Assembly: GCF_006345805.1 (NCBI RefSeq)
Contig: NC_042999.1
Coordinates: forward strand, 118,730,001-118,794,000
Origin: Octopus sinensis
Lineage: Eukaryota
DNA: 64,000 nucleotides
Direction: 5' to 3'
Shown: piece after piece, positions 36,026 through 47,489 of the stretch
How positions within the stretch are numbered: the first letter of the stretch is position 1
Layout of the letters: each line of letters begins with the position of its first letter
The notes under the pieces: generated by a model
The model's database searches: none
The model's input: the letters and a program-made list of their open reading frames with translations, nothing else
What the model was told of the DNA's origin: nothing
Translations under genes and position numbers: made by a program

Positions 36026-37227
36026 GCCTATGTGCAATTTTTTCTATTTAGATTATAATCCCTCTTTATTCATTACTTTAAATTGTGAGAAAATAACAGT
36101 TAAATATAAAACATTTAACATTATTCTATACAGAGGAATCAGCTGTTAAGTATTTCTTTCGGGCATCTTGTTGTATACAGTCTTGAAAAAAAAGAATCAA
36201 TTAATCAATTAATTCTGAATAGCCTCATGGATAGACACTTTCATAGTATTTAATTTTCAGTATGTACAATGACACTAATGTCTAATCTGATACACTTTAA
36301 AGTTTTATGTGTTTGATATAGAAACCAATGACAAAACAGAAATAGCACCATTAAAATATCTTGGATAGTCTTAAACTTCCAATATATTTATAGGCATGGA
36401 AATGTGTGAGCTAACCTAGAGTACTAATTTTGCTTAATGGAGAATGTTGCTTTATACCTCCATGTTGAAGATGGACTAAACACTGACAATGAACTTCAAT
36501 GTAACTCTGTGTTAAAAGATATTAACAAGACCAAACTTATTCAAATTCATTATTTATATTAATGCCAGGAAAGCAAACCTTGATGCATTGTTAACAATCT
36601 ACAATCTAACCAAATTCTAACCAAGACAATTAACAATCTCTACGTTCATGAGAGTAAAGTGAGTGTCATGTCAGAAGAAACACAACTTAGTGATATGATA
36701 AATGTAGATTGATAAAATATATACCAGACAGAAATACATACTGTGGTTTATATTATTAATTAAACTTTAGAAGGCAGTGTCCAAAAATGGCTACAATCCA
36801 ATGATTGAAACCAATAATAGAGAAAAAGGTTAAAAAGGAAAGGTAACTTACTACAGAAAGTTATACTTAGTTAATGAAAAAGATAGAAGAAATTGTTGGG
36901 AGCTTATCCATGATTTATTCATAAAAAGCACAAAACATTCCAGCAATTTTTTGCCAGTTTAATATCCACTTTACCATGCTTGTATACCTCAGACGAAATT
37001 CCTTGAGACAGATTTTTTGTAGTTAGATGACCTCCTCTTACCAACTCTCACTTGCTTCAAAGCAAGATATTTCTCCATGGTTGAATATATCTTCACAGAA
37101 AATTGAAAATGACAGCCACCACTTGTGATGTTCATTTATAATGATCACATGATGTCAAGGCAAGGAAACACAAATGCTGAAATAGGCATACATCCAAAAG
37201 TTCAGCCACACAAACACTCATAAATAT

Positions 37228-37370
37228 ATGATGAGCTACTTTCAATTTCCCTTTACCAAATCTACTCACAAGACTTTGTTGGTCAATGGCTATAACAAAA
37301 GACATGTCCCTGTATGTTTGAGAAACAAACCTCTTAACTATGCAGCTATATCTACACCTATCACAATCAG
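37228..37370 (-). mobile_element. Degenerate SINE family A head just upstream of exon D
   Basis: ctactttcaatttccctttaccaaatctactcacaagactttg... Confidence 0.55.
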
Positions 37371-37436
37371 ACCTGTACCTATTGTTATCATTTTTATGAT
37401 CAATAATATAAATGCATTGTTTATTTTCTCTTCTAG

Positions 37437-37577
37437 GAAACAAAATTTTGTTGACACAATGTTTAAAATGCTAGAAAAATATTCAACAGATTTAGAAGAC
37501 ATTGTACGAGAAAGAACAATGCAACTGGAAGAGGAGAAAAAGAAAACTGATGAACTTTTATATCGAATGTTACCATC
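37437..37577 (+). CDS. Receptor guanylyl cyclase exon D, dimerisation/signalling helix
   Basis: Acceptor ttctcttctag|G, donor CCATC|gtaagt. Translates (R)[46 protein letters not shown](S). 141 nt, phase 2-2. Confidence 0.96.
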
Positions 37578-37909
37578 GTAAGTAATCTACTCTGCTACTA
37601 AGATTTGTCTTTCTTATATTGAATATATAAATGTAATGAAGGTTGTGTCAATAGGTTTGCTGGACGACCTGCTGAGATGCTAGTGGTTTTATATCCTGCC
37701 ACTGGCAATGTGTTGTGTTTATAGCCAAGATGCATAACTCTCAAATTTACCAATAGTCTGTCTAAATATAAAGAGGAACAATTTAACATTCTAAGCATAA
37801 TTCTTAAGTTTGCAATATTGAAATGAACTTTTCTCCAGACTGAGACTGCTGTGTAGATGGACATTAGTAAAGGTATTCACCATTCATGGACGTCTCTGAT
37901 CATATATTT

Positions 37910-38720
37910 ATCATCATCATCATCATCGTTTAAAGTCCACTTTCCATGAATTGGACGGTTTGACTGAGGAGTGGTGAGCCACATGGCTGCACCAGGTTCC
38001 AATCTGACCTGGCAGAGTTTCTACAGCCAGATGCCATTCCTAACACCAACCACTTCAAGAGTGTAGTGGGTGCTTTTATGTGCCACCAGCATGAGGGCCA
38101 GTCAGGCGGTACTGGCAACAGCCACACTAAAATGGTGTTTTTACGTGCCACCTGCACAGGAGCCAGTCCAGTGGCACTGGCAACGACCTTGCTCGAATGT
38201 TGTTTTTCACATGCCACCGGCACAAGGGCCAGTAAGGCTACACTGGTAATGATCATGCTTGAATGGTGTGTTTTATGTGCCACTGATATGAGAGCCAGTC
38301 AGCTGCCCTGGCAACGATCATGCTTGGATGGTGCTCTTAGTGCTTCACTGGCATGGATGCCAGTCATGCGGTGCTGTCATCGAATTTGATTTTGATTTCA
38401 ATTTTACTTGCCTGAACAGGTCTTCGCAAGCAGAGTTTAGTGTCCAATGAAGAAAAGATACACATAAGTGGCTGGTTACACCACTGGCATAGGCCACGGG
38501 TTATGGTTTCACTTGGCTTGCCGGGTCTTCTCAAGCATAGTATATTTCCAAAGGTCTCAGTCACTATTCATTGCCTCGGTGAGGCCTAATGTTTGAACAT
38601 CATGCTTCACCACCTCATCCCAGATCTTCCTGGGTCTACCTCTTCCACAGGTTCCCTCAGCTGCTAAGGTGTGACACTTTTTCACACAGCTATCCTCATC
38701 CATTCTCACCACATGACCAT
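37910..38720 (-). mobile_element. RTE LINE 3' fragment with (CAT)n tail
   Basis: YGHVVRMDEDSCVKKCHTLAAEGTCGRGRPRKIWDEVVKHD, then 3' UTR. Confidence 0.85.
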
Positions 38721-39360
38721 ATATATATATGTATGTATGAGCATATATTAAGTAGAAACTTTTCTTTTGTGGGGACATGTTATTCAAGCAGGCACCAGTT
38801 TTGCGCTATTATCAATTGATGACTCTGGATATTATTTGTGTGCTTATGTACTAATATTTTTGGTTGGTTTGTTTTACCATTTTAGCACTTTTCACTTCTG
38901 AAAGTCCAGTTGTCTGTATGGAGACTTCCTTCTTTTTGATATAGGATAAATAATTAATAGTTTAAAGAAAATAGAAAATATACATCGAATAATCCTTTTT
39001 TTTTATCATAGTGCAGTCAGCTAATAAGTTCTTATATTTTTTCCCCTATGTTACATATTGGCTAATTGTTATTGTCCACATTTGCACCTTTCAAATGCAT
39101 TATGATGTTATAAAACACTGGCCACTTCTGGGCATATTTGACTGCTATTTTCTTCACTTCTCTCAAATGGAGAGAGAGAGAAGTGAAAAAAATAGCAGTC
39201 AAATAGCAGAAGAAGCCATTGTTTTATAACATTATGTTATAATATTGTTATATTTCGGAATGGTCATATTGCCAGTTTAGCCAATAAAAACACACGCACT
39301 ATTATTTGGTGTTATTTTGCTTCAGTGATATTTATTTTTTACATTAATCTAATCTTATTC

Positions 39361-39405
39361 GGCCAAAGTTCTTTCGTCACACTCCGGTGACCGCATCAGT
39401 GGTCC
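39361..39405 (-). ncRNA. Hammerhead-like fold H4, atypical (CUGAUGC)
   Basis: Reverse complement of 40298-40342. Confidence 0.4.
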
Positions 39406-40297
39406 TTTGTTTTCTTCTCACTTACTTGTGTCTCTCCTTAACCGTCAGCCATTTGTATTTCATTGTATGTCTTCATTTGCGCATGCTTATATCTCTATGG
39501 GTCTATGTTTATTTAGTGTGTGTGTGGAGGGGATGCCTGTAATATTGCTATCTTCTGTTTATATACATTCTTGTAATTTGTATTTTGTTTTTGTTGTTGG
39601 TGCTTTTGTTAAAATTTTGTTCATGTGTTTACATCCACCCATTATTATCATTATATGCTTGTATGTATGTATAACAACAATTTTAATAAATAATAAATCT
39701 AATCGAAAAAAATCGAAAAAATAACAAAAACTATATATATACATATATATATACATATACATATATACACACACTATACACATATACATATTATATATAT
39801 AATATATTATATATATCACACATACATATATATAGGTATTCATTTCTATTCTTTAATTATCTGTGTATTTATTATGGTTTGCAGGATCCACTATCGTCAC
39901 ATGTTGTGTGTGTGCTATTGCTCCATTCTAGTTTTCTATTCAGGCTAGGTTTATTTTCTATTATATGTGTAGCTTCTGTAATTTGTCTAATTGTTGCATC
40001 TGTTCTATGTGTGGACAATATCTTAATCTCTATGTTATTGATTGATCCCCCGTGTTCTTGTTCGGCGTGTTCATGAACAAAATTTTAACAAAAGCAACAA
40101 CAACAAAAACAAAATACAAATTACAAGAATGTATATAAACAGAAGATAGCAATATTACAGGCATCCCCCCACACACACACTAAATAAACATAGACGCACA
40201 TAGAGATATAAGCATGCGCAAATGAAGACATACAATAGAAATACAAAATGGCTGACGGTTAGTAAGGAGAGACACAAGTAAGTGAGAAGAAAACAAA

Positions 40298-40342
40298 GGA
40301 CCACTGATGCGGTCACCGGAGTGTGACGAAAGAACTTTGGCC
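40298..40342 (+). ncRNA. Hammerhead-like fold H4, atypical (CUGAUGC)
   Basis: GGACCA CTGATGC G GTCAC CGGAGT GTGAC GAAA GAACT T TGGCC. Perfect 5-bp stem II, but A9>C and a non-palindromic stem III. Confidence 0.4.
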
Positions 40343-40679
40343 GAAATAAGATTAAGATTAATGTAAAAAATAATATCACTGAAGCAAAATAACACCAATA
40401 TATAGTGCGTGTGTTTTTATATTGGCTAAACTGGCAATATGACCATTCGAAATATAACTATGTTTCAACACACGACTTCACATAAAAAATCTTGCACAAC
40501 AAATATTTAAACGTACTATTATGTTATAACTTTTCTCTCACTACATAAGTGCTCAATCACACATATACACTGACACTGCACGGCCAGCAGGGCATACTAT
40601 CTTCATTTCTCTCAAGTTTTCACATATCCTCTACATTCAAGGCCCATGTCTTACTACCATTTTAACATTGCTGTTTATA

Positions 40680-40860
40680 TATATGCATCATACCAACTTT
40701 CATTAACTCGGAGAGCGAGACTTTTGGTTGCCACCAGGGGTAAAAGCTTGCTGAATTTTCTCCACCCTACTCTTATTCTAGCAATTATACATTCTGTACA
40801 TTCTTCTAGATTGCTAATTAGGTCCCATAAGTAACAGAAATTATTCACTACCTCTAAAGA
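40680..40860 (-). pseudogene. RTE LINE RT fragment
   Basis: SLEVVNNFCYLWDLIS...IIARIRVGWRKFSKLLPLVATK. Confidence 0.7.
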
Positions 40861-41317
40861 GCATATCACACACACACACACATGTGTAAAAGGAAATGGG
40901 GATTAGAAAAATCTGAGCAAATACTCCTTTAAGCACTCTATAGAAAGGTAGAAATAAAACTTGTGAAACTAAATTGTTCAGTTATTACTCCTGCAACCAA
41001 TAACTGTGATAAGTACAGTTGGTAAATCTGATGTGAAACACCAATTAAATTTAGTCTATTAATCACACAGTATATTTGAAGAAACAAAGAATGAAGATGT
41101 ATTATCAATGCTTCCTTTAACTTACATGCATTTCAAATAGCTTGGCACAATGCAAGTACTGCACATTGCAGTATGCAAATTTAATTAATCCTTCTTTTGA
41201 TTGACTAAATTGCTATTGAAATAGAGCATTTAGCTGCTATGCTATTGTTTAAAAAATCAGAAGGCTTTTGCTAAATTTAGTATATATTGGGATAATATGG
41301 GAAGGTCTCCATCTTAT

Positions 41318-41546
41318 TTCTTTATTGCCTACAAGGAGCTAAACATAGAGTGGAAAAACAAGGACAAACAAAGGATTTAGTCGATTACATCGACCCCAGT
41401 GCATTACTGGTACTTAATTTATTGACCCTGAAAGGATGAAATGCAAAGTCGACCTCGGCGGAATTTGAACTCAGAACGTAATGGTAGATGAAATACTGCT
41501 AAGCATTTTGACTGGTGTGCTAACATTTCTGCCAGCTCGCTGCCTT
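41318..41546 (-). mobile_element. SINE family B, full length, with 16-bp TSD
   Basis: aaggtctccatcttat at 41302-41317 and 41547-41562. Confidence 0.9.
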
Positions 41547-42078
41547 AAGGTCTCCATCTTATAAGATGGAAGGTGTTCATCTTATTGACCAGTATCTGTG
41601 TCATAGTTAAGAGGAGGTATGTTTATCAGATCTGCTTAGTTTATTTACTCACTGTGAGTAGTTGTAGGTATCTTCTCAAGACAACTATAATTTAATCTGT
41701 GATGTTAAGTGCAACTTAAAAGTGGAAGACAAAAGAGTTTACTAGAACTATAAAAGAAAATTAGTATCTACTAACAAAAATATGCTTTTAACTATTGGAT
41801 GAATTATAAAGTAAAATTACATTACATAAAATAGACTATGCCATATGAATGTACTTCAATGCACGCACTCTCTCTCTCTCTCTCTCTTGCACACTGACTG
41901 TTCGAAGAATTTATTTTGTGTAAAATTACATTACATAAAAATCAATAAATAAAAACATGTAAAATAAAGGAATAAAATGTTTTGTTCATACATGCTCACA
42001 CACGTACACTCTTGTATTTATAAATGCATTCACATATGTACATACTTACATACATGCTTGCTCAAATACACATACTTA

Positions 42079-42131
<53 letters not shown>

Positions 42132-42199
42132 CTCTCTCTATATATATATATACACACACACACACAACTAAAGCATTGTTGTAATGAGGTGAGGCCCTA

Positions 42200-43300
42200 T
42201 TAAAGATATTCAAGTTAGTTCAGAGTTTAGATATCTGTTTACAAATGCCTGAAACCAAATCTCTAATTATAGCGGGTGGAGGGGTGAACACTTGTGGATA
42301 TATACCGTTTCTTCATTGGGTTTCCTGTAGGGGTAGTATTTGCCTGTGTTCAGATGTAAGGTAACATCCAAGAAATTGATCATCGTCAGGTTGGTAGTAA
42401 CCGTTATGGACAGGCCAAATTCTTTGAATATTGTTATTGAGTCCTGCCTGAACTTGTCCATGGTATGGCTATTCATATAGTGTATGATAATCAGGCCATC
42501 GTTGCTATAGAGGGCTGACCTATGTGGATGGGTACATCTCTTGAGGGGATCCAAAATGTATAACCTGACGAGGTTGGCGATTTCAGCCCTGTCAAAGCTC
42601 CCCATAGAGACATAAAAAAAATGGATCACCTTCTTTCTTTACCCAGAAGGAATCATCATGGATCAGAATTGACTTTATTGCATTCATGATGATTCTCATA
42701 TAAAGCTCATTGATGCTGGTAAATTGTCCAGCAAAACTAGAGCCTTTAGGAGGAGAGGTTTAGATATGGAAGGGTAGAAGCCAACAATGTTGAACTGGGT
42801 GAATTTGTAGGATGATGTATTCTTGATACTACAGAACCACTTTATTACAGTTGTGCTGGAGTTCCATTGAGTCAACCCTGTAGCCCTTCTGATTTCAGAG
42901 TTGATAGTACTGAGAATATGCTTGCTATTGATACTTATCTCACTTTTAGAAGGGTTGATCAGCCTGCATTTGGGGTTGGAATGGAAATTAGGCTTATGGT
43001 ACTTAAGTGTAATATTGAAGGTGGGGGTTATGTGGTGAGGTGGTACATGCAATCCTCTGTCTTAAGGTGGGTAGCTTTGTGTTTATGTCATTGTATTTGG
43101 AATTACCTGTGTTTTTGTATGTTTTGGCTATGGCACTTGTGAGGAGTCTTGAAAGTGTGGAAATGTTTGTTTCATAAATATTTTTTCTTTTGTCTGTGGG
43201 TATGTGTAGATTGGGAGATTGTTTAAGGATTTAAGGATTTAAGGAAGGGGTTAAAATAACGCTGAAATCTTACCATCTTTACAAGGTTTTTCATATGCAT
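42200..43300 (-). pseudogene. Penelope-like element reverse transcriptase relic
   Basis: ITLKYHKPNFHSNPKCRLINPSKSEI...QFNIVGFYPSIS...MGSFDRAEI...LYSNDGL...INFLDVTLHLNTGKYYPYRKPN. Confidence 0.88.
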
Positions 43301-44064
43301 ATGCATCTGCTCGCCACATGCATTCACACACATGTGTGCATGTGGTGTACATGTGCATGTGCATGTGCATGCATCTATATGCATGTGCATAGAGGTATAA
43401 AAAGAGAGAGGTATAAAAAGTAAAGGAGTGTCAGTTATGTAGTGATAGAGACTAAGTGATGGGGCAGAGAGAGGGGTAGTAGTATGGAATGAAGAATTTA
43501 AGAATATAGATTAGGTGGTTGGACCGGTCAGTGCTTAGTAGCAGAAGAAAAAATATATATGTGAAAGTGTATATATATGTATATATTAGACATGTATATA
43601 TATATATATATATATATTTATACTGATGTTTATACATATCAATATCTACATATACAACTCGTACTCATATGTATATGTATACATGCACACCCATATATAC
43701 GAGCATCTATATGTATTATCACCCCAATACTTGCAGGTATATATACCTTGCATACATGCATAGATTCACACATACATACATGCATACACACACATGCATA
43801 TACACGCACATATGCATGCACATATATACACAATAATCTAATTAGGTGGTTGTGACATTCGAGTATGAGTGAGGAATTAGATAGAGATTAAGAGTTAAAA
43901 TGTAGATTTATAAGGTTATTGGGATTACCTAAGGGATATTGTGGGAATATACTGTATGGTCATTTAGGCATTTGGATTTGTGGTAGAATTTGAATGTGTG
44001 AAAAAAGTGGTGGTTGCATGTGCTTAGTGCCTCCTTATGTTCATTTAGCAGTGCTGGAGGATTT

Positions 44065-44300
44065 AGCTAAGTGCCACAGAATAGAGCTAAATTAACTAGA
44101 ATAGAGCTAAAATAACTATTGCTTAACCACTTTCTCACACCGTCTCCGATGAAGGGATAAAATAAATCTCTTGGAAACAGCTGTAAGATATGTGTAAGCA
44201 TCTTCACATATATATTTTCTTCTACTACTTTCAGATTATCTTGACTGATCACTAACTGGTACACTTTCCCTTATTATCTCTCTTCTTGTTTTTCTTTTTT
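44065..44300 (+). mobile_element. Penelope-like pLTR fragment, family H2 variant
   Basis: taactattgcttaaccactttctcacacc leader shared with the other H2 copies. Confidence 0.6.
44142..44189 (+). ncRNA. Minimal hammerhead fold H2 (core CCGAUGA)
   Basis: GTCT CCGATGA AGGGAT AAAATAA ATCTCT TG GAAA CAGCTGT A AGAT. Confidence 0.6.
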
Positions 44301-44379
44301 CTGTATTCCTCCCTTCTTGTTTTTTTCTTTTTTTTCTTTCTTTTTTTGTCTTTTCTTTATTCCTCACTTCCTTTTTTCG

Positions 44380-44772
44380 ATTTGGCCTTGCAAATACATT
44401 CCCTACTTTTAGGTCACTTTAAATAAAACCCTTGATTCAATAACACTGTGTACAAACTCTATACTTGAAACAACCAATTTTAAATACTATTGGATTTTAC
44501 TCACAAGGTATTGGAATCTTATATGTATACCATTCTGCCTAAATAATGGATCTACAAATGCAATATCCCTGCATATCTCACATCTATTTTCATTCCTCCA
44601 CTTCACTCTCTATTTCATATCATATCTAAATTAACTATTGCTAAACCATTTTCTCACACTGTCTCCAATGAAGAGATTTAATAAATATCCTGGAAACAGC
44701 TGTAAGACCTTCTATTTATAAATGTTCTAAAATTTTCACAGTCTTGATTTTTTATCTCATTCTGGAAAAAAA

Positions 44773-44775
<3 letters not shown>
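44380..44775 (+). mobile_element. Penelope-like 3' end / pLTR, family H2
   Basis: Possible ORF tail ILLDFTHKVLESYMYTILPK*, then the hammerhead, ending at (TA)n 44776-44870. Confidence 0.7.
44661..44708 (+). ncRNA. Minimal hammerhead fold H2 (decayed core CCAATGA)
   Basis: GTCT CCAATGA ... GAAA CAGCTGT A AGAC. Confidence 0.5.
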
Positions 44776-44858
<83 letters not shown>

Positions 44859-44870
44859 CATATATATATA

Positions 44871-45057
44871 AATTGATAGATCGGTAGCCACTACACACAT
44901 TTTTTTTCTCTCCTTGTTTCTTTCTGTGTTCCTTTCTGTGGAAGAGCGTAGGCTTGAAACGTAAAAGACTTTTTCAATTCCCAAGCATTATACTAATACA
45001 TCTGTTTGTTTTCTACACCACCTGTCTTAGTCTTTTGTTTTTTTCGTGAATTCTCCC
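44871..45057 (+). mobile_element. H1 element, near full length, inside (TA)n
   Basis: Ends gaattctccc directly before a TA-rich tract. Confidence 0.8.
44932..44967 (+). ncRNA. Minimal hammerhead-like fold H1 (core CUGUGGA)
   Basis: CTTT CTGTGGA A GAGC GTAG GCTT GAAA CGT A AAAG. Confidence 0.6.
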
Positions 45058-46017
45058 TAAATATATATATGAACAAAAGTTAGTAACCTCAGGTCAGCTT
45101 TGAAGAGCAGATATCTGATAGAAAGCATTCTAACCTCAGACATAGCCTATTCAAAACTATATTATGAAATGCATCCAATTTTTAAAAAAGTGGGTAACAT
45201 TAAATTTTAGGAAGATTTAGTTGCTATTTCTAGTAGGTCAAAACTTCGATACATGTTTTTAGCTAAAATGATAAATTTTCTGTATTGTGTAACTATTTGT
45301 TCATGTTTGTTTGTATGTGTGTGTGTATGTACGGGTACTTTCTGTGTATGCATGTATGAATGTATGTGTTTATCAGCTGCTTGGAAAAGTATGGCAGGTG
45401 CAATTATAATAAGGCAAGGCATCTCATGAGTGTGTATCTATGTATGTTTTGTATATAGATTCTTGTAAGCAATATAATCTATCTATATCATTATCTTTTT
45501 ATTATTGTATGTAATCTACTCGCACACATACATACACATAAACATAAGTATGTATGTATGTATAGATAGACAGACAGACACACAGACACATAGGCAATGC
45601 ATTCGTGTTACATTTTTATGTTAAATTTTTGCCAGCAGCGAAACAGTAATAAAGTGCTGATAGACAACAGTAAGAGAGAGACATTAAATTCAAATTATCT
45701 CAAAAAACAAAACATCCAAACATAAAAACTCACAAAAGGAAACCTGAATGTGATTGAATTAGACAATAGTAATACCAAACACACAGTTATTTAATTTAGT
45801 TAACCATCATAAACAAAAATTTTTTAAATAAAAATGGCGCAGGCATGGCTGTGTGGTAAGAAGCTTGCTTCTCAACCACATGGTTCCAGGTTCAATCCCA
45901 CTGTGTGGCACCTTGAAGAAATGGCACCTATAGCCTCGGGCCAGCAAAAGCCTTGTGAGTGGGTTTGGTAAATAGAAACTGAAAGAAGTCTGTTGTGTAT
46001 ATATATATGTATATATG

Positions 46018-46156
46018 TTTCTCTCCTTGTTCCTTTCTGTGGAAGAGCATAGGCTCGAAACGTTAAGGACTTTTTCAATTCCCGAGCATTATACAAATAC
46101 ATCTATTTGTTTTCTACACCACCTGTCTTCGTCTTTGTTTTTTCATGAATTCTCCC
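46018..46156 (+). mobile_element. H1 element, 5'-truncated
   Basis: Ends gaattctccc|tatatata. Confidence 0.8.
46033..46068 (+). ncRNA. Minimal hammerhead-like fold H1 (core CUGUGGA)
   Basis: CTTT CTGTGGA A GAGC ATAG GCTC GAAA CGT T AAGG. Confidence 0.6.
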
Positions 46157-46504
46157 TATATATATCTGTATATTTATGTGTGTGTCAATGTGTCTGTGTT
46201 TGTCCCCCCACCATCACTCGGCAACTGATGTTGGTGTGTTTATGGTCCCGGAAATTTATCATTATGGCAAAAAGTGACCAATAGAATAAGTACCAGGCTT
46301 ACAAAGAATAAGTCCTGGGGTCGATTTCTTCAACTAAAGGTGGTGTTCTAACATGACTGCAGTCAAATTACTGAAACATGTAAACGAGTAAAAGAGTAAC
46401 TTAGCCTTTGCTTAAGTTACACAAAACAGAGACATAAAAAGAAACCCTGTAACAGTTTGGGCTTCAAATTAGCCCATAGCATTTTCTGCCTTTGACGACC
46501 ACTT

Positions 46505-46820
46505 ACTCTTTTACTCTTTTATTTGTTTCAGTCATTTGACTGCAGCCATGCTGGAGCACCACCTTTAGTTGAAAAAATCAATCACAGAACTTATTCTTTG
46601 TAAGCCAAGTACTTATTCTATCGGTCTCTTTTTGCTGAACCACTAAGTTACGATGACATAGAAACACCAACATCGGTTGTCAAGCAATGGTGGTGGGGAC
46701 AAACACAGACACACAAACATACACACACAGATACATACACTCATATATATACACAACAGGCTTCTTTCAGTCTCCGTCTACCAAATCCACTCCCAAGGCT
46801 TTGGTTGGACTGAGGCTGAT
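46505..46820 (-). mobile_element. SINE family A, 5'-truncated
   Basis: 3' module plus part of the head. Confidence 0.75.
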
Positions 46821-46843
46821 AATATTATATCAATTCAATTTCA

Positions 46844-46881
<38 letters not shown>

Positions 46882-47264
46882 CCATGTTGATATAGCCATA
46901 CATTTTGAGCTCTTAAGTGTAGTATTTGCGCATACTTCAGTTTGTTACATCTAAAGTGACACATATGGTGGTTACACCATCAATGTACGTGTACATATAC
47001 AGAAGGAATTATTATTGAAACAATAATTACACACACACACACACACACACAAATCAAACACAAATAGTGCTTAAAAGTTACGACAGGTGTTTCGGCAAAA
47101 TTTAATTAATTCATTCATAAAAAATGCATCATAACATAAAATCTACCATCATCAGATAATATTTTAAACAAGTCTTATTTCAAAACAGGTGATATTTCTT
47201 ACATCAATCTAGACAGATCCATCTGCTGGATCAGTGTTTCATACAAAATTACCATTCAAAAATA

Positions 47265-47440
47265 TAGGATCACTACACTCACGGAGTAGTTGGCATTAGG
47301 AAGGGCATCCAGCTGTAGAAACACTGCCTGATCAGACTGGAGCCTGGTGCAGCCTCCTGGCTTCCCAGACCCCGGTCGAACTGTCCAACCCATTCTAGCA
47401 TGGAAATTGGACTTTAAACGATGATGATGATGATGATAAA
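47265..47440 (+). mobile_element. RTE-type 3' tail fragment ending in (GAT)n
   Basis: ttggcattaggaagggcatccagctgtagaaac...gcatggaaa..gga.tttaaacgatgatgatg. Confidence 0.7.
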
Positions 47441-47489
47441 AAGAGAAATAATAAGCAAAGAGAGCAAACAAACATACTATCTAAATGTA

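Larger units (their letters stand above)
39247..40458. mobile_element. Long inverted duplication of a hammerhead-like element (family H4) with a 446-bp spacer
   Basis: Arms 39247-39625 and 40072-40458 are near-identical reverse complements. The spacer contains a TA-rich tract. Confidence 0.88.
45838..46398 (+). mobile_element. SINE family A, full length, with H1 nested in its internal (TA)n
   Basis: Head 45838-45995, H1 46018-46156, 3' module 46175-46398. Confidence 0.85.
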
